A stretch of DNA of 64,000 nt from an uncultured Flavobacteriaceae bacterium (GTDB lineage Bacteria > Bacteroidota > Bacteroidia > Flavobacteriales > Weeksellaceae). A program made the position numbers and the translations under genes. Positions within the stretch are counted from its first letter, which is position 1, and the number at the start of each line of letters is the position of its first letter. The notes beneath the pieces were generated by a model, which did not search any database, was not told the origin of the DNA, and saw only the letters and a program-made list of their open reading frames with translations. Below are positions 16,486 to 26,210 of the stretch, piece after piece. The stretch is from NCBI GenBank assembly GCA_963518955.1, contig CAUQKI010000006.1, positions 1,162 to 65,161 on the forward strand. The letters run 5' to 3'.

Positions 16486-17037
16486 ATGTTTTTTTTGAAG
16501 GATAAAGAATTAGTTGATACCATTACTCAAATCCAAAGTGGGAGCCAAAAAGCACAGACCAAGCTAATTAACTATTTTTGGGATGATGTTTTCAGTTTTG
16601 TATTGAAAAAAGTGCAGGACAGAACCATCGCAGATGAGCTTACGGTGGCTGTTTTCGCGAAGATATTAACTAAACTGAACCTTTATGATGAGAATTTTCA
16701 GTTTAAGACTTGGATTTTGACCATCGCACAAAATTCAGTAATAGACTATTGGCGGAAAAAATCAAGAGAGGAAGTCTTTACGGATGATTTTAAAGATGTT
16801 AAAAATGAATTTGAAAAATCTCCAGAGGAATTATTGATTTCAAAACAGCAGCAACAGCATATCATCAGCACTATTGCTTCCATGGATGCCCAATACAGGA
16901 AAATCATAGAACTGAGATTCTTCGAGGAAAAAAGCATAAAAGAAATTGCAGAAACTCTGAATATTTCGGTTGCAAATACGAAAGTGAGAATAATGAGAGC
17001 AAAAAAAATATTAGCCGAATTATTAAAAAACGAATAA
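16486..17037 (+). CDS. ECF-type sigma-70 family RNA polymerase sigma factor
   Basis: Region 2 (FKTWILTIAQNSVIDYWRKK) and a region 4 HTH (IAETLNISVANTKVRIMRAKKIL). Confidence 0.85.
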   Translation: MFFLKDKELVDTITQIQSGSQKAQTKLINYFWDDVFSFVLKKVQDRTIADELTVAVFAKILTKLNLYDENFQFKTWILTIAQNSVIDYWRKKSREEVFTDDFKDVKNEFEKSPEELLISKQQQQHIISTIASMDAQYRKIIELRFFEEKSIKEIAETLNISVANTKVRIMRAKKILAELLKNE

Positions 17038-17044
17038 AAAAACT

Positions 17045-17917
17045 ATGGACAAAGAGGTTTCCGAAACAAACACTATAACTAATAAACCCAAGTGGATAAG
17101 GGTAAAACTCCCAACGGGAAAAAACTACCGAGAACTCCGCTCATTGGTTGATAAATATAAGCTGAACACCATCTGCCAAAGCGGTTCCTGCCCAAATATG
17201 GGAGACTGCTGGGGCGAAGGAACGGCTACCTTTATGATTTTAGGGAATATATGCACTCGTTCGTGTGGTTTTTGTGGAGTAAAGACTGGGAAGCCACTAG
17301 ATGTAAACTGGGAAGAGCCAGAAAAAATAGCCCGTTCCATCAAACTAATGAAAATAAAACACGCTGTCATCACCTCCGTAGACAGAGATGATTTGAAGGA
17401 TATGGGCTCTATCCTTTGGGCAGAAACGGTGAATGCTGTGAGGAGAATTTCTCCTGAAACCACACTAGAAACACTTATTCCTGATTTTCAAGGAATTACA
17501 AGACACCTTGACAGAATGATAGAAGTGGCGCCAGAAGTCATTTCGCACAATATGGAAACCGTGAAAAGACTGACACGAGAAGTGAGAATTCAGGCTAAAT
17601 ATGAAAGAAGCCTAGATGTACTAAAATACCTCAAAGACTCAGGACAACGAAGAACAAAAACAGGAATAATGCTGGGGCTGGGCGAAGAAAGAGATGAAGT
17701 TTTCCAGACCATAGAAGATATCAAAAATGCTAATGTGGATGTAATCACCATTGGGCAGTATCTACAGCCAAGTAAAAAACATCTGCCTGTGAAAAGATTT
17801 ATCCCATTGGAAGAGTTCGAAGAGTATAGAATTTTCGCGGAAAATCTGGGATTCAGGCATGTAGAGAGTTCGCCTCTTACAAGAAGCTCTTACAGGGCAG
17901 AAAGACATATTTTATAA
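17045..17917 (+). CDS. lipA: Lipoyl synthase
   Basis: Radical-SAM CxxxCxxC (CTRSCGFC) plus the N-terminal CQSGSCPNMGDC cluster motif. 290 aa. Confidence 0.95.
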   Translation: MDKEVSETNTITNKPKWIRVKLPTGKNYRELRSLVDKYKLNTICQSGSCPNMGDCWGEGTATFMILGNICTRSCGFCGVKTGKPLDVNWEEPEKIARSIKLMKIKHAVITSVDRDDLKDMGSILWAETVNAVRRISPETTLETLIPDFQGITRHLDRMIEVAPEVISHNMETVKRLTREVRIQAKYERSLDVLKYLKDSGQRRTKTGIMLGLGEERDEVFQTIEDIKNANVDVITIGQYLQPSKKHLPVKRFIPLEEFEEYRIFAENLGFRHVESSPLTRSSYRAERHIL

Positions 17918-17947
17918 CTAAATAATAATTAACTTAAATTTTATATT

Positions 17948-20041
17948 ATGAAAATTACATCATTAGGCATTTCGCTTTTAGCAGGAGCTTATTTCCTTAC
18001 TTCCTGCTCCACGCAGAAAAATACAGCCGAAACAAAAACAGTAGAAGTAAAAAAAGAAGAAAACCACGCTCATGCCCAGCAGCATGACCATGGGATTGCT
18101 CTTGATTTAATGGATACTTCCGTGCGTCCGCAAGATGATTTTTACAACTATGTAAATGGCGGATGGATGAAAACTGCCGTAATTCCTGCTGACAAATCTA
18201 CTTGGGGTTCTTTCCAAGAATTGAGAGAAAAAACGGATGAAAATTCACTAAAAATCCTAAAAAACATCCTTTCTGAAAACTACCAAAAAGGAACTGAAGG
18301 ACAGCAGATTCAGGATTTGTATGCTACATACATGGATATGGACAAGCGTAACGCAGACGGCATCAAACCTATCGAAAAGGATTTAGAAGAGATAAACTCT
18401 ATCAGAAACCTAAAAGACCTTCAAAATTACCTTATAGGAGCAGTAAGAACTGGCGACAACCCGCTATACGGATGGAGCGTTTATACAGACCTGAAAAACT
18501 CTAAAATGAACGCTGTTTATCTTGGTGGGCCTCGTTTAGGTTTAGGAAAAGATTATTACCAAAAAGAAAATGAAGCGAACACAAAAACTATCGCTGAATA
18601 CAAGAAATATGTGGCTTCTCTATTGCAGATTTTAGGCTACAAAAATGCTGATGCTACGGCGCAGAAAATTGTAGATTTTGAAAAAAGTCTAGCAAAAACT
18701 ATCCTAACCAACGAGGAAGGAAGAGATGCTAACAAGCGATACAATCCAAAAACTACGGCTGAACTTTCTAAATTAGTGAAAAATGTAAATTTGGCTAACT
18801 ATCTGAAAGAAGCAGGAGTAAACACAGACCGAGTGATTCTATCCGAGCTGAAATATTACCAAAACCTTGATAAATTCATCAATAGTAATAATATTGCTCT
18901 AATTAAAGATTATCTAAAACTTCGCCTTCTTTCTGGAAGTGCATCGAGCCTTGACCAGAGATTGGATAAAATCAACTTTGATTTTTACAGCAAATATCTA
19001 CAAGGACAGAAAGAGCAAAGAGCTATGGACAAGAGAGCTCTTAGCCTAATCAACGGCGTTCTTGGTGAAGCTTTCGGAAAATTGTATGTTCAAAAATACT
19101 TCTCTCCAGAGGCTAAACAAGAAATGGAAATCCTAATTGGCTACCTGAAAAAGGCTTACCACAAGCACATCAGCGAACTAGAATGGATGTCCAGCGAAAC
19201 AAAAACTAAAGCACTAGACAAGCTACACAAATTCTCTGTAAAAGTAGCCTACCCGAATAAATGGGAAGATTACTCTAAACTCGTAGTAGAATCGCCTAAA
19301 AATGGGGCTTCGCTTTATTCTAACTTAAAAAATGTAGCTGAATGGAGCTACGAGAAAAGCCTAGAAAAAGTAGGAAAACCTGTAGATAAAGAAAAATGGG
19401 GGATGCCACCTCAAACGGTGAACGCCTACTACAGCCCTACGAACAACGAAATCGTATTCCCTGCGGCTATTCTACAAGCACCTTTCTTTGATTTCAAAGC
19501 TGACCCAGCGGTGAATTTCGGAGGAATAGGAGCAGTTATCGGACACGAGATTTCTCACGGATTCGATGATGGAGGAGCTCGTTTCGATGGAGATGGAAAC
19601 CTCAACAACTGGTGGACAGAGCAAGACCGTAAGAATTTTGACATCAAAGTAAAACAACTTGCAGAGCAGTACAGCAAATACGAACCTGTAAAAGGAAGTT
19701 TCGTGAATGGTGTATTTACCAGCGGTGAAAACATCGCGGATTTAGGTGGTGTTGCTATCGCCTACGATGCCCTTCAAATGTACCTGAAAGAAAGAAAAAA
19801 TCCAGGTGTCATCAGTGGTTATACCCAAGAGCAAAGATTTTTCCTAAGCTGGGCTACTATCTGGAGAACTAAATCTACAGAGCAGTACCTCATCAACCAA
19901 GTGAAAACAGACCCGCACTCACCAGGGTTCTACAGAGCTTTTGCTCCACTTACCAATGTAGATGCTTTCTACAAGGCATTTAATGTAAAAGAAGGAGACA
20001 AACTCTATAAAAAACCAGAAAACAGAATCAAAATCTGGTAA
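17948..20041 (+). CDS. pepO: M13 family zinc metallopeptidase (PepO / endothelin-converting-enzyme-like) lipoprotein
   Basis: HEISHGF zinc motif, NAYY, ENIADLGG, and lipoprotein signal LTSC. Confidence 0.9.
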   Translation: MKITSLGISLLAGAYFLTSCSTQKNTAETKTVEVKKEENHAHAQQHDHGIALDLMDTSVRPQDDFYNYVNGGWMKTAVIPADKSTWGSFQELREKTDENSLKILKNILSENYQKGTEGQQIQDLYATYMDMDKRNADGIKPIEKDLEEINSIRNLKDLQNYLIGAVRTGDNPLYGWSVYTDLKNSKMNAVYLGGPRLGLGKDYYQKENEANTKTIAEYKKYVASLLQILGYKNADATAQKIVDFEKSLAKTILTNEEGRDANKRYNPKTTAELSKLVKNVNLANYLKEAGVNTDRVILSELKYYQNLDKFINSNNIALIKDYLKLRLLSGSASSLDQRLDKINFDFYSKYLQGQKEQRAMDKRALSLINGVLGEAFGKLYVQKYFSPEAKQEMEILIGYLKKAYHKHISELEWMSSETKTKALDKLHKFSVKVAYPNKWEDYSKLVVESPKNGASLYSNLKNVAEWSYEKSLEKVGKPVDKEKWGMPPQTVNAYYSPTNNEIVFPAAILQAPFFDFKADPAVNFGGIGAVIGHEISHGFDDGGARFDGDGNLNNWWTEQDRKNFDIKVKQLAEQYSKYEPVKGSFVNGVFTSGENIADLGGVAIAYDALQMYLKERKNPGVISGYTQEQRFFLSWATIWRTKSTEQYLINQVKTDPHSPGFYRAFAPLTNVDAFYKAFNVKEGDKLYKKPENRIKIW

Positions 20042-20052
20042 GAAAACCATAA

Positions 20053-20086
20053 AAAATCCATCGCATTTCGTGATGGATTTTTTATC
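20053..20086 (+). terminator. Rho-independent terminator after pepO
   Basis: AAATCCATC...GATGGATTTTTTAT hairpin plus T-run. Confidence 0.55.
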
Positions 20087-20155
20087 TATCTATCTCTTCC
20101 CATTTATTCGGACTGCTTTTTTTAAAATTTATCGTAAATTAAATGATTAGAAATT

Positions 20156-20539
20156 TTATTTTTCATTTCTCAATGAATACCAAATATACAGATGAAAACC
20201 AATATAAAAAAACATTGAACATCCTAATAATAACGATATTCTATAAGGATACACCGATATTGATGGATACCACCAAAACATAAAATATATCAGAAATATT
20301 AAGGACAGAAACAGCATCCTAATCGCCTTATTACCAATCATCAACCAAATAAAAGCCGATAAAACCAAAACAATGCTGAAAACAAATTTATTATAATATA
20401 CTGCTATCCCAAAAGCAATATCCCTTCTCGCTGGGAAATAACTATTTAAAAAACTCAAAACCAGCTCCTGCAAGACAATATATAATATTATCGCAAAAAC
20501 CGATAATATACATAGCCGAAGCCAATTATTTTTCATCAT
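20156..20539 (-). CDS. Small multi-pass membrane protein (hypothetical)
   Basis: 127 aa with four hydrophobic segments. Confidence 0.5.
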   Translation of the reverse strand: MMKNNWLRLCILSVFAIILYIVLQELVLSFLNSYFPARRDIAFGIAVYYNKFVFSIVLVLSAFIWLMIGNKAIRMLFLSLIFLIYFMFWWYPSISVYPYRISLLLGCSMFFYIGFHLYIWYSLRNEK

Positions 20540-20610
20540 TCTTCGCAGTTTTTAAAATCTTATTTTTTCTTTCCAAAGGTAGTAAAATTTCCCTCCTTAT
20601 GGAAATTTTA

Positions 20611-20688
20611 CTCCGTAAGCCTCCAAGTTTTTCTCCGTAAGCCTTGAGAAAAATCTCCGTAAGCCTCAAAGAAAATTTCTGTAACTAT
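20611..20688. repeat. Three exact CTCCGTAAGCCT direct repeats at a 22-bp period, plus one degenerate in-phase copy
   Basis: Cores start at 20611, 20633 and 20655. GTAA recurs in phase at 20681. Lies upstream of the minus-strand gene that starts at 20539. Confidence 0.6.
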
Positions 20689-20715
20689 GCAGATTTCATT
20701 ACCACAGAAAGTTTC

Positions 20716-21216
20716 TCACTTCTTAGGAGTTATCCTATATCGCCGAATAACATAGGTATCTAAAACGGAACGGCTATATTCCAATTCTACCTCATAATTC
20801 TGTATTATGTCTTCCCTGTCTAACCGCTGGTGATTTCTATATCCCAAACTATACCGCTGATTATGAAAGTAAAAATAAACCGAGTTTCTTCGCCCTGATA
20901 CAAAGTTATAGACAGGACATCTCATTATAGACACATCTTTATCGGCTGCCTTTTTAATATAAAACAGAAAACCTATTCTTATCACTAAAAATAAAGCAAA
21001 AGCTATTGCCAATGAACTTAAAAACTCCATTCCAAAACTATACCCTGCTTTTTTCCTATTAGAAAAATGGAAATATCCCAAAGTAACAGCCAGCGAACCA
21101 GCATACAACAAAACATTTACACGAAAAGGAAAGTTTAATATTTTCTCATCTTCCCCAGCGTAAAAACCCAGTAATACAGCGCCTATTATATAAAATACTT
21201 TTTTGTTTTTTATCAT
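20716..21216 (-). CDS. Membrane protein with a small cytoplasmic C-terminal domain (hypothetical; start uncertain)
   Basis: The track ORF runs to 21363 and would overlap the uvrA start on the other strand. The internal start MIKNKKVFYIIGAVLL (21216), or 21270, is more plausible. Confidence 0.45.
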   Translation of the reverse strand: MIKNKKVFYIIGAVLLGFYAGEDEKILNFPFRVNVLLYAGSLAVTLGYFHFSNRKKAGYSFGMEFLSSLAIAFALFLVIRIGFLFYIKKAADKDVSIMRCPVYNFVSGRRNSVYFYFHNQRYSLGYRNHQRLDREDIIQNYEVELEYSRSVLDTYVIRRYRITPKK

Positions 21217-21311
21217 TTTTGTTAAATCATTCCCACCAAAGATAATTAAATTTTCATCGCAGAGTAGCATAATTTTGTTGTAAATTTGTAGGATTATTAA
21301 ATCTAATAAGA

Positions 21312-24158
21312 ATGTCAAAGCCGAAAAAGGAGCAAAACGAATATATAGAAATCTACGGAGCACGCGAACACAACCTGAAAAATATCGATGTTAAAATCCC
21401 CAGAAACCAGCTAGTAGTCATCACTGGGCTTTCTGGCAGTGGAAAATCTTCCCTCGCGTTTGATACCATCTTCGCCGAAGGACAGCGCCGCTACATCGAG
21501 ACTTTTTCTGCCTACGCCCGCCAGTTTTTGGGTGGTCTGGAGCGTCCTGATGTGGACAAGATAGAAGGACTCTCCCCTGTCATCGCCATCGAGCAGAAAA
21601 CGACCAACAAAAATCCCCGCTCCACAGTAGGCACCGTTACAGAGCTTTACGACTTCCTGCGGCTGCTCTTTGCACGGGTTTCAGATGCCTACTCGCTTAC
21701 CACTGGCAGAAAGCTGGTCAACTACACGGAAGAACAGATTTTAGAAGCGATAAAATCCAACTACAAAGATGAAAAAGTCCTGCTCACTGCTCCTGTAATC
21801 CGTGCAAGAAAGGGACACTACCATGAACTTTTCGTGCAGATGGCAAAGAAAGGCTATGGACAAGCTCGGATTGATGGACAGCTGCAAGACATTGAATATG
21901 ATTTAAAACTTGACCGATACAAAAACCACGATATAGACATCGTTATAGACCGCTGGATTATCGGTGAAAGCGCCACCGAATCCCGCATGGAGAAATCCCT
22001 CCGCACGGCTTTAGACATGGGCGAAGGTGTCATCGGAATACAGAAATTTGGTTCAGATGAGATAGAATATTTCTCTAAAAACCTAATGGACGAAGACACT
22101 GGGCTGTCCCTTGCTCAGCCAGAACCCAATACTTTTTCTTTCAATTCTCCGAAGGGAAGCTGTCTGCACTGCAAGGGACTTGGGATGATTAAAAAAATCA
22201 ATACTGATTTCTTCGTAGAAAACCCAAAACTATCCATTTCCGCAGGTGCTTTAAAACCTTTGGAAACTTATAAATTCAGCAAATGGGTTTTAGCGCAGAT
22301 TAGCAGTATTTTAGAGCTTTACGGACAGAGTCTGGACACACCTTTTGAGAAAATCTCTCCAGAGGCGCTGGACTACATCTACAACGGTATCCACCTGCAA
22401 GAAACCCGCGAACTGAAACACGCTGGAATCAGCAAAAAGATAAAAATAGAATTTGACGGGCTGATTTCCCATTTGGAGCAAATCATCGAAGACAAAGAAA
22501 ACTACGGAGCCACGCAGATAGAACGCGATTTTACGGTGGAACAAATCTGCCCAGAGTGCAACGGCGCAAGGCTTCAGGCATCGAGCCTAAGTTTTAAAAT
22601 CGATGGTAAAAACATCGCAGAAGTGGCAGCATTGAGCCTTTCTGACCTGATGGACTGGCTGAATGATATAGAAAATACTTTCTCCGATAAAAATAAAATC
22701 ATCGCCTACGAAATCCTAAAAGAAATAAAATCCAGACTGAGATTTCTACTAGATGTCGGTCTGGAATACCTCAGCCTCAGTAGAAGTTCCAAAACCCTCT
22801 CTGGCGGTGAGTCCCAGCGAATCCGTCTGGCTACACAGATAGGCTCCCAGCTGGTAAATGTGCTTTATATCTTGGATGAACCGAGCATCGGACTTCATCA
22901 GCGAGACAATGAAAGGCTTATCAATTCGCTAAAAAATCTCCGCGACATCGGAAATTCGGTTTTAGTGGTGGAGCATGACAAAGATATGATTTTAGAAGCG
23001 GATGAAGTTTTAGATATCGGCCCTAGAGCAGGAAAACACGGCGGCGAAGTTCTTTGGCAGGGAAAACCAAAGAATTTATTAAAAGCTGATACCATTACCG
23101 CTGACTACATCACTGGAAAAAGAAAAATAGAAATCCCAAAAGAACGAAGACACGGCAACGGAAATTCGCTGCTACTGAAAGGAGCTACAGGAAACAACCT
23201 AAAAAATGTGAATCTGGAAATTCCTTTGGGCAAATTAGTGGTCATTACAGGTATCTCTGGAAGCGGGAAATCCTCCCTTATCAATGGGACGCTCTACCCT
23301 ATTCTCAATAAGCATTTCTACCGCGCTGCGCAGGAACCTCTACCTTATAAATCCATAGAAGGGCTAGAAAACATTGACAAAATAGTAGATGTAGACCAGA
23401 CACCTATCGGAAGAACGCCACGCTCCAACCCTGCCACTTATACAGGTGTTTTCGGAGATATCAGAACGCTCTTTTCCGAGCTTCCAGAGGCGAAAATACG
23501 AGGCTACAAACCAGGAAGATTTTCCTTTAATGTAAAAGGAGGAAGATGCGAAACCTGCCAAGGCGGCGGACTGAAAGTCATAGAAATGAATTTCCTCCCT
23601 GATGTGTATGTCCACTGCGAAACCTGCAATGGAAAGCGTTTTAACAGGGAAACTCTCGAAGTAAGATATAAAGGCAAGTCTATTTCTGATGTCTTGGAGA
23701 TGACCATAGATGAGGCGGTGGAATTCTTCCAGCCTATCCCAAAAATCTACAACAAAGTGAAAACCCTGCAGGAAGTCGGACTGGGATACATTTCGCTGGG
23801 ACAGCAGTCCACCACGCTCTCAGGTGGAGAAGCACAGAGAATAAAACTCGCTACAGAACTCTCCAAAAAACAAACAGGAAACACACTCTACATCTTGGAC
23901 GAACCTACCACAGGGCTTCATTTTGAGGATGTAAAAATACTGATGGACGCTATCAACAGGCTGGTGGATTTAGGAAACTCGTTCATCATCATAGAGCATA
24001 ATCTGGATGTGATAAAACTCGCTGACCACATTATAGACATCGGTCCAGAAGGCGGAAAAAACGGCGGAAAAATCGTAGCCGAAGGAACACCCGAAGAAAT
24101 CATCAAGAACAAGAAATCCATAACAGGAAAATTCTTAGCAAAAGAAATGAAACAATAA
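21312..24158 (+). CDS. uvrA: Excinuclease ABC subunit A
   Basis: 948 aa. Two ABC ATPase modules ([14 protein letters not shown] and [13 protein letters not shown]), LSGGE signatures, and zinc-finger CxxC pairs. Confidence 0.95.
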   Translation: MSKPKKEQNEYIEIYGAREHNLKNIDVKIPRNQLVVITGLSGSGKSSLAFDTIFAEGQRRYIETFSAYARQFLGGLERPDVDKIEGLSPVIAIEQKTTNKNPRSTVGTVTELYDFLRLLFARVSDAYSLTTGRKLVNYTEEQILEAIKSNYKDEKVLLTAPVIRARKGHYHELFVQMAKKGYGQARIDGQLQDIEYDLKLDRYKNHDIDIVIDRWIIGESATESRMEKSLRTALDMGEGVIGIQKFGSDEIEYFSKNLMDEDTGLSLAQPEPNTFSFNSPKGSCLHCKGLGMIKKINTDFFVENPKLSISAGALKPLETYKFSKWVLAQISSILELYGQSLDTPFEKISPEALDYIYNGIHLQETRELKHAGISKKIKIEFDGLISHLEQIIEDKENYGATQIERDFTVEQICPECNGARLQASSLSFKIDGKNIAEVAALSLSDLMDWLNDIENTFSDKNKIIAYEILKEIKSRLRFLLDVGLEYLSLSRSSKTLSGGESQRIRLATQIGSQLVNVLYILDEPSIGLHQRDNERLINSLKNLRDIGNSVLVVEHDKDMILEADEVLDIGPRAGKHGGEVLWQGKPKNLLKADTITADYITGKRKIEIPKERRHGNGNSLLLKGATGNNLKNVNLEIPLGKLVVITGISGSGKSSLINGTLYPILNKHFYRAAQEPLPYKSIEGLENIDKIVDVDQTPIGRTPRSNPATYTGVFGDIRTLFSELPEAKIRGYKPGRFSFNVKGGRCETCQGGGLKVIEMNFLPDVYVHCETCNGKRFNRETLEVRYKGKSISDVLEMTIDEAVEFFQPIPKIYNKVKTLQEVGLGYISLGQQSTTLSGGEAQRIKLATELSKKQTGNTLYILDEPTTGLHFEDVKILMDAINRLVDLGNSFIIIEHNLDVIKLADHIIDIGPEGGKNGGKIVAEGTPEEIIKNKKSITGKFLAKEMKQ

Positions 24159-24176
24159 ATTTAAAATATTAAAATC

Positions 24177-24914
24177 ATGAGAAAAAAATTATTATTACCG
24201 CTAGTTTTATTTGTTTCAGGGCTAATTTCAGCGCAAGATTGTTTTGAAGACTGCCTTGAAGATTACCCTAAACTGAAAAAAGAAGCTACCAATTTAGACC
24301 AGTTTATCCCAAAAGGCTGGGAACTGATGGGCAGTGTAAATGGCGACATCAACAAGGACGGCATCACGGATTATGTTTTCATACTGGAGAGCAAAGAAAA
24401 ATACAAAATCCCTGATGATTTCATGAATAAAGAATATTCCTACAGAATTCTGGGCATCGCCTTTGGGAAAAAGGGCGGTGGATACCATTTGGCGCTTCAA
24501 AATAATAATTTTATCATCAATGGAGACCAAAACTCTTCATTAGATGAGCCTTTTTTGGATATGGAAATCAAAAAAAACGGCACGATTTGGTTCAAGTTTT
24601 ACTTCTTCTACAGCGCGGGCAGCTGGTGGGTAAGCAATGACACTTATGTTTTCCGCTATCAGAACAACCGATTTGAGCTGATAGGACACGAAAGTTCTTC
24701 TCTCCACAGGGCAACCCACGAGGAATCAACCACCAGCACCAATTTTTCCACCAAAATGCACCATTCCACCTACACGGATGAAAACGGAAAAACTGAAACT
24801 TCTAAAAAGAAAGTGAAAGCTATGAAACCTCTGCTGATGGAGGAAATAGACCCATATGATTTCAATCCTTTGGCGCATTCCTACAGCGAATCTCCTTTTG
24901 AAAAAAAGGAATAA
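24177..24914 (+). CDS. Secreted hypothetical protein with one FG-GAP/VCBS-like motif
   Basis: Signal peptide present. DINKDGITDY motif. Confidence 0.5.
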   Translation: MRKKLLLPLVLFVSGLISAQDCFEDCLEDYPKLKKEATNLDQFIPKGWELMGSVNGDINKDGITDYVFILESKEKYKIPDDFMNKEYSYRILGIAFGKKGGGYHLALQNNNFIINGDQNSSLDEPFLDMEIKKNGTIWFKFYFFYSAGSWWVSNDTYVFRYQNNRFELIGHESSSLHRATHEESTTSTNFSTKMHHSTYTDENGKTETSKKKVKAMKPLLMEEIDPYDFNPLAHSYSESPFEKKE

Positions 24915-24968
24915 GCATTATGTAAAATTATATTTTAAAAAAAACTGAGAGTTAATTTTAATTTTTTT

Positions 24969-25763
24969 ATGATGAAAAGACTGCTTTTATTATCGTTATT
25001 TTTGGTTTCTATGCCTTTGTTTTCGCAGATTATTTTCACGGAAAGCATCGCAAATACAATAGATTCTACACGAACAGTGCAGGGAACTATTGCTCCAGAA
25101 CTCAACTTCAAAACGGAAAAAGAAAATGTTTTTAACTTTAAAAATAATGCAAATATCAACTTCTTGCTCAACAAAAAGAAGTATATCACGATTATCAATC
25201 AGATGGAATTCTCCACTTATGGCAAAAAACTGAATGTGAGCAGTGGCCACATCCACACCGAATACCGCTATTTGGTAAGACCAGCCATAGAACTCTATCC
25301 TTTCGCGGAAGCAGTCTGGGCGCCCAGCCGAGGACTGAAAATACGCACCGCAGGAGGTCTCCAGTCTCGTTACAGAATTTTTCATACGAGTAAAGTAACA
25401 CTTTCCACAGGAATAGGTCTCTTCTACGAATACGAGAAATGGAACTACAACGGCGTTCCCAATCCTGACCTACAAGATATAGACAAAACGGAACAACAAA
25501 GGAGCATAAAAGGGCAGATATTTGCGAGTTTTAAGTTTGATTTTGGTGAAAAATGGAATATTATTACCAGCGGATACACGCATTTCAGGCCTGACAGCGA
25601 CATTAAAAACCTGCGCATCGCGTATAGTATAGATGTAAAGCATTCCGTAACGAAACACTTCGGGATATGGCTTTCTTACCAAAATACTATCCTTACAAAA
25701 CCGATTGTCCCTATCCGAAAACACTACACAGTGCTTACAGGCGGTGTTTTCTTCTCATTTTAA
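24969..25763 (+). CDS. Outer-membrane beta-barrel protein (DUF481-like)
   Basis: Signal peptide. Alternating beta-strand pattern ending in an aromatic residue (GGVFFSF). Confidence 0.45.
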   Translation: MMKRLLLLSLFLVSMPLFSQIIFTESIANTIDSTRTVQGTIAPELNFKTEKENVFNFKNNANINFLLNKKKYITIINQMEFSTYGKKLNVSSGHIHTEYRYLVRPAIELYPFAEAVWAPSRGLKIRTAGGLQSRYRIFHTSKVTLSTGIGLFYEYEKWNYNGVPNPDLQDIDKTEQQRSIKGQIFASFKFDFGEKWNIITSGYTHFRPDSDIKNLRIAYSIDVKHSVTKHFGIWLSYQNTILTKPIVPIRKHYTVLTGGVFFSF

Positions 25764-25815
25764 TGATATTTTTGTTTAATTTTAAACCTAAAAACTATAA
25801 AAACCACCACTAAAA

Positions 25816-26202
25816 ATGAATTTAGAAGAAAAAATACAGAACGCCGAAACCCGAATTTTCAAAGTAGTTTTCCCGAAAATAGCCAACCACCACGAAACCA
25901 TGTTCGGCGGCGCTATCATGGAGCAGATGGTAGAGACGGCATTCATCACCGCGACGAGATTTGCACGAAAAGCCTTTGTAATAAAAGCTTGCGACCATAC
26001 AGAATTCCGAAATCCTGTACCAGAAAGTTCACTAGTGGAGTTCATCGGTAAGGTAAAATCCATAGGAAACACCAGCCTAAAAGTAAGCGTGGAAGTCTTC
26101 TCCGAAGAGATGTACGCCGAGCGCCGAGAATTGTGTGTCCTTGGAGAATTCAGCTTGGTAGCCATTGGCGAAGACAAAAAAGCCGTGAAAATATTAGACT
26201 AA
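25816..26202 (+). CDS. Acyl-CoA thioesterase (hotdog fold)
   Basis: 128 aa. The HHETMFGGAIME pattern is typical of YciA-like thioesterases. Confidence 0.7.
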   Translation: MNLEEKIQNAETRIFKVVFPKIANHHETMFGGAIMEQMVETAFITATRFARKAFVIKACDHTEFRNPVPESSLVEFIGKVKSIGNTSLKVSVEVFSEEMYAERRELCVLGEFSLVAIGEDKKAVKILD

Positions 26203-26210
26203 ATTCACTT

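Noticed and set aside
20611-20688. The 22-bp-period repeats as a mini CRISPR array
   Set aside because: The repeat cores are only 12 bp, the spacers about 10 bp, and there are three exact copies. No cas genes are present, so the dimensions do not fit CRISPR.
21217-21363. N-terminal extension of the minus-strand membrane ORF, overlapping the uvrA start
   Set aside because: The extension would overlap uvrA by about 50 nt on the opposite strand. An internal Met followed by a typical TM segment is a better start.
25788-26177. 129-aa minus-strand ORF nearly coextensive with the thioesterase gene
   Set aside because: The plus-strand frame has a hotdog-thioesterase pattern. The antisense frame is S/R/T-rich and looks non-protein-like.
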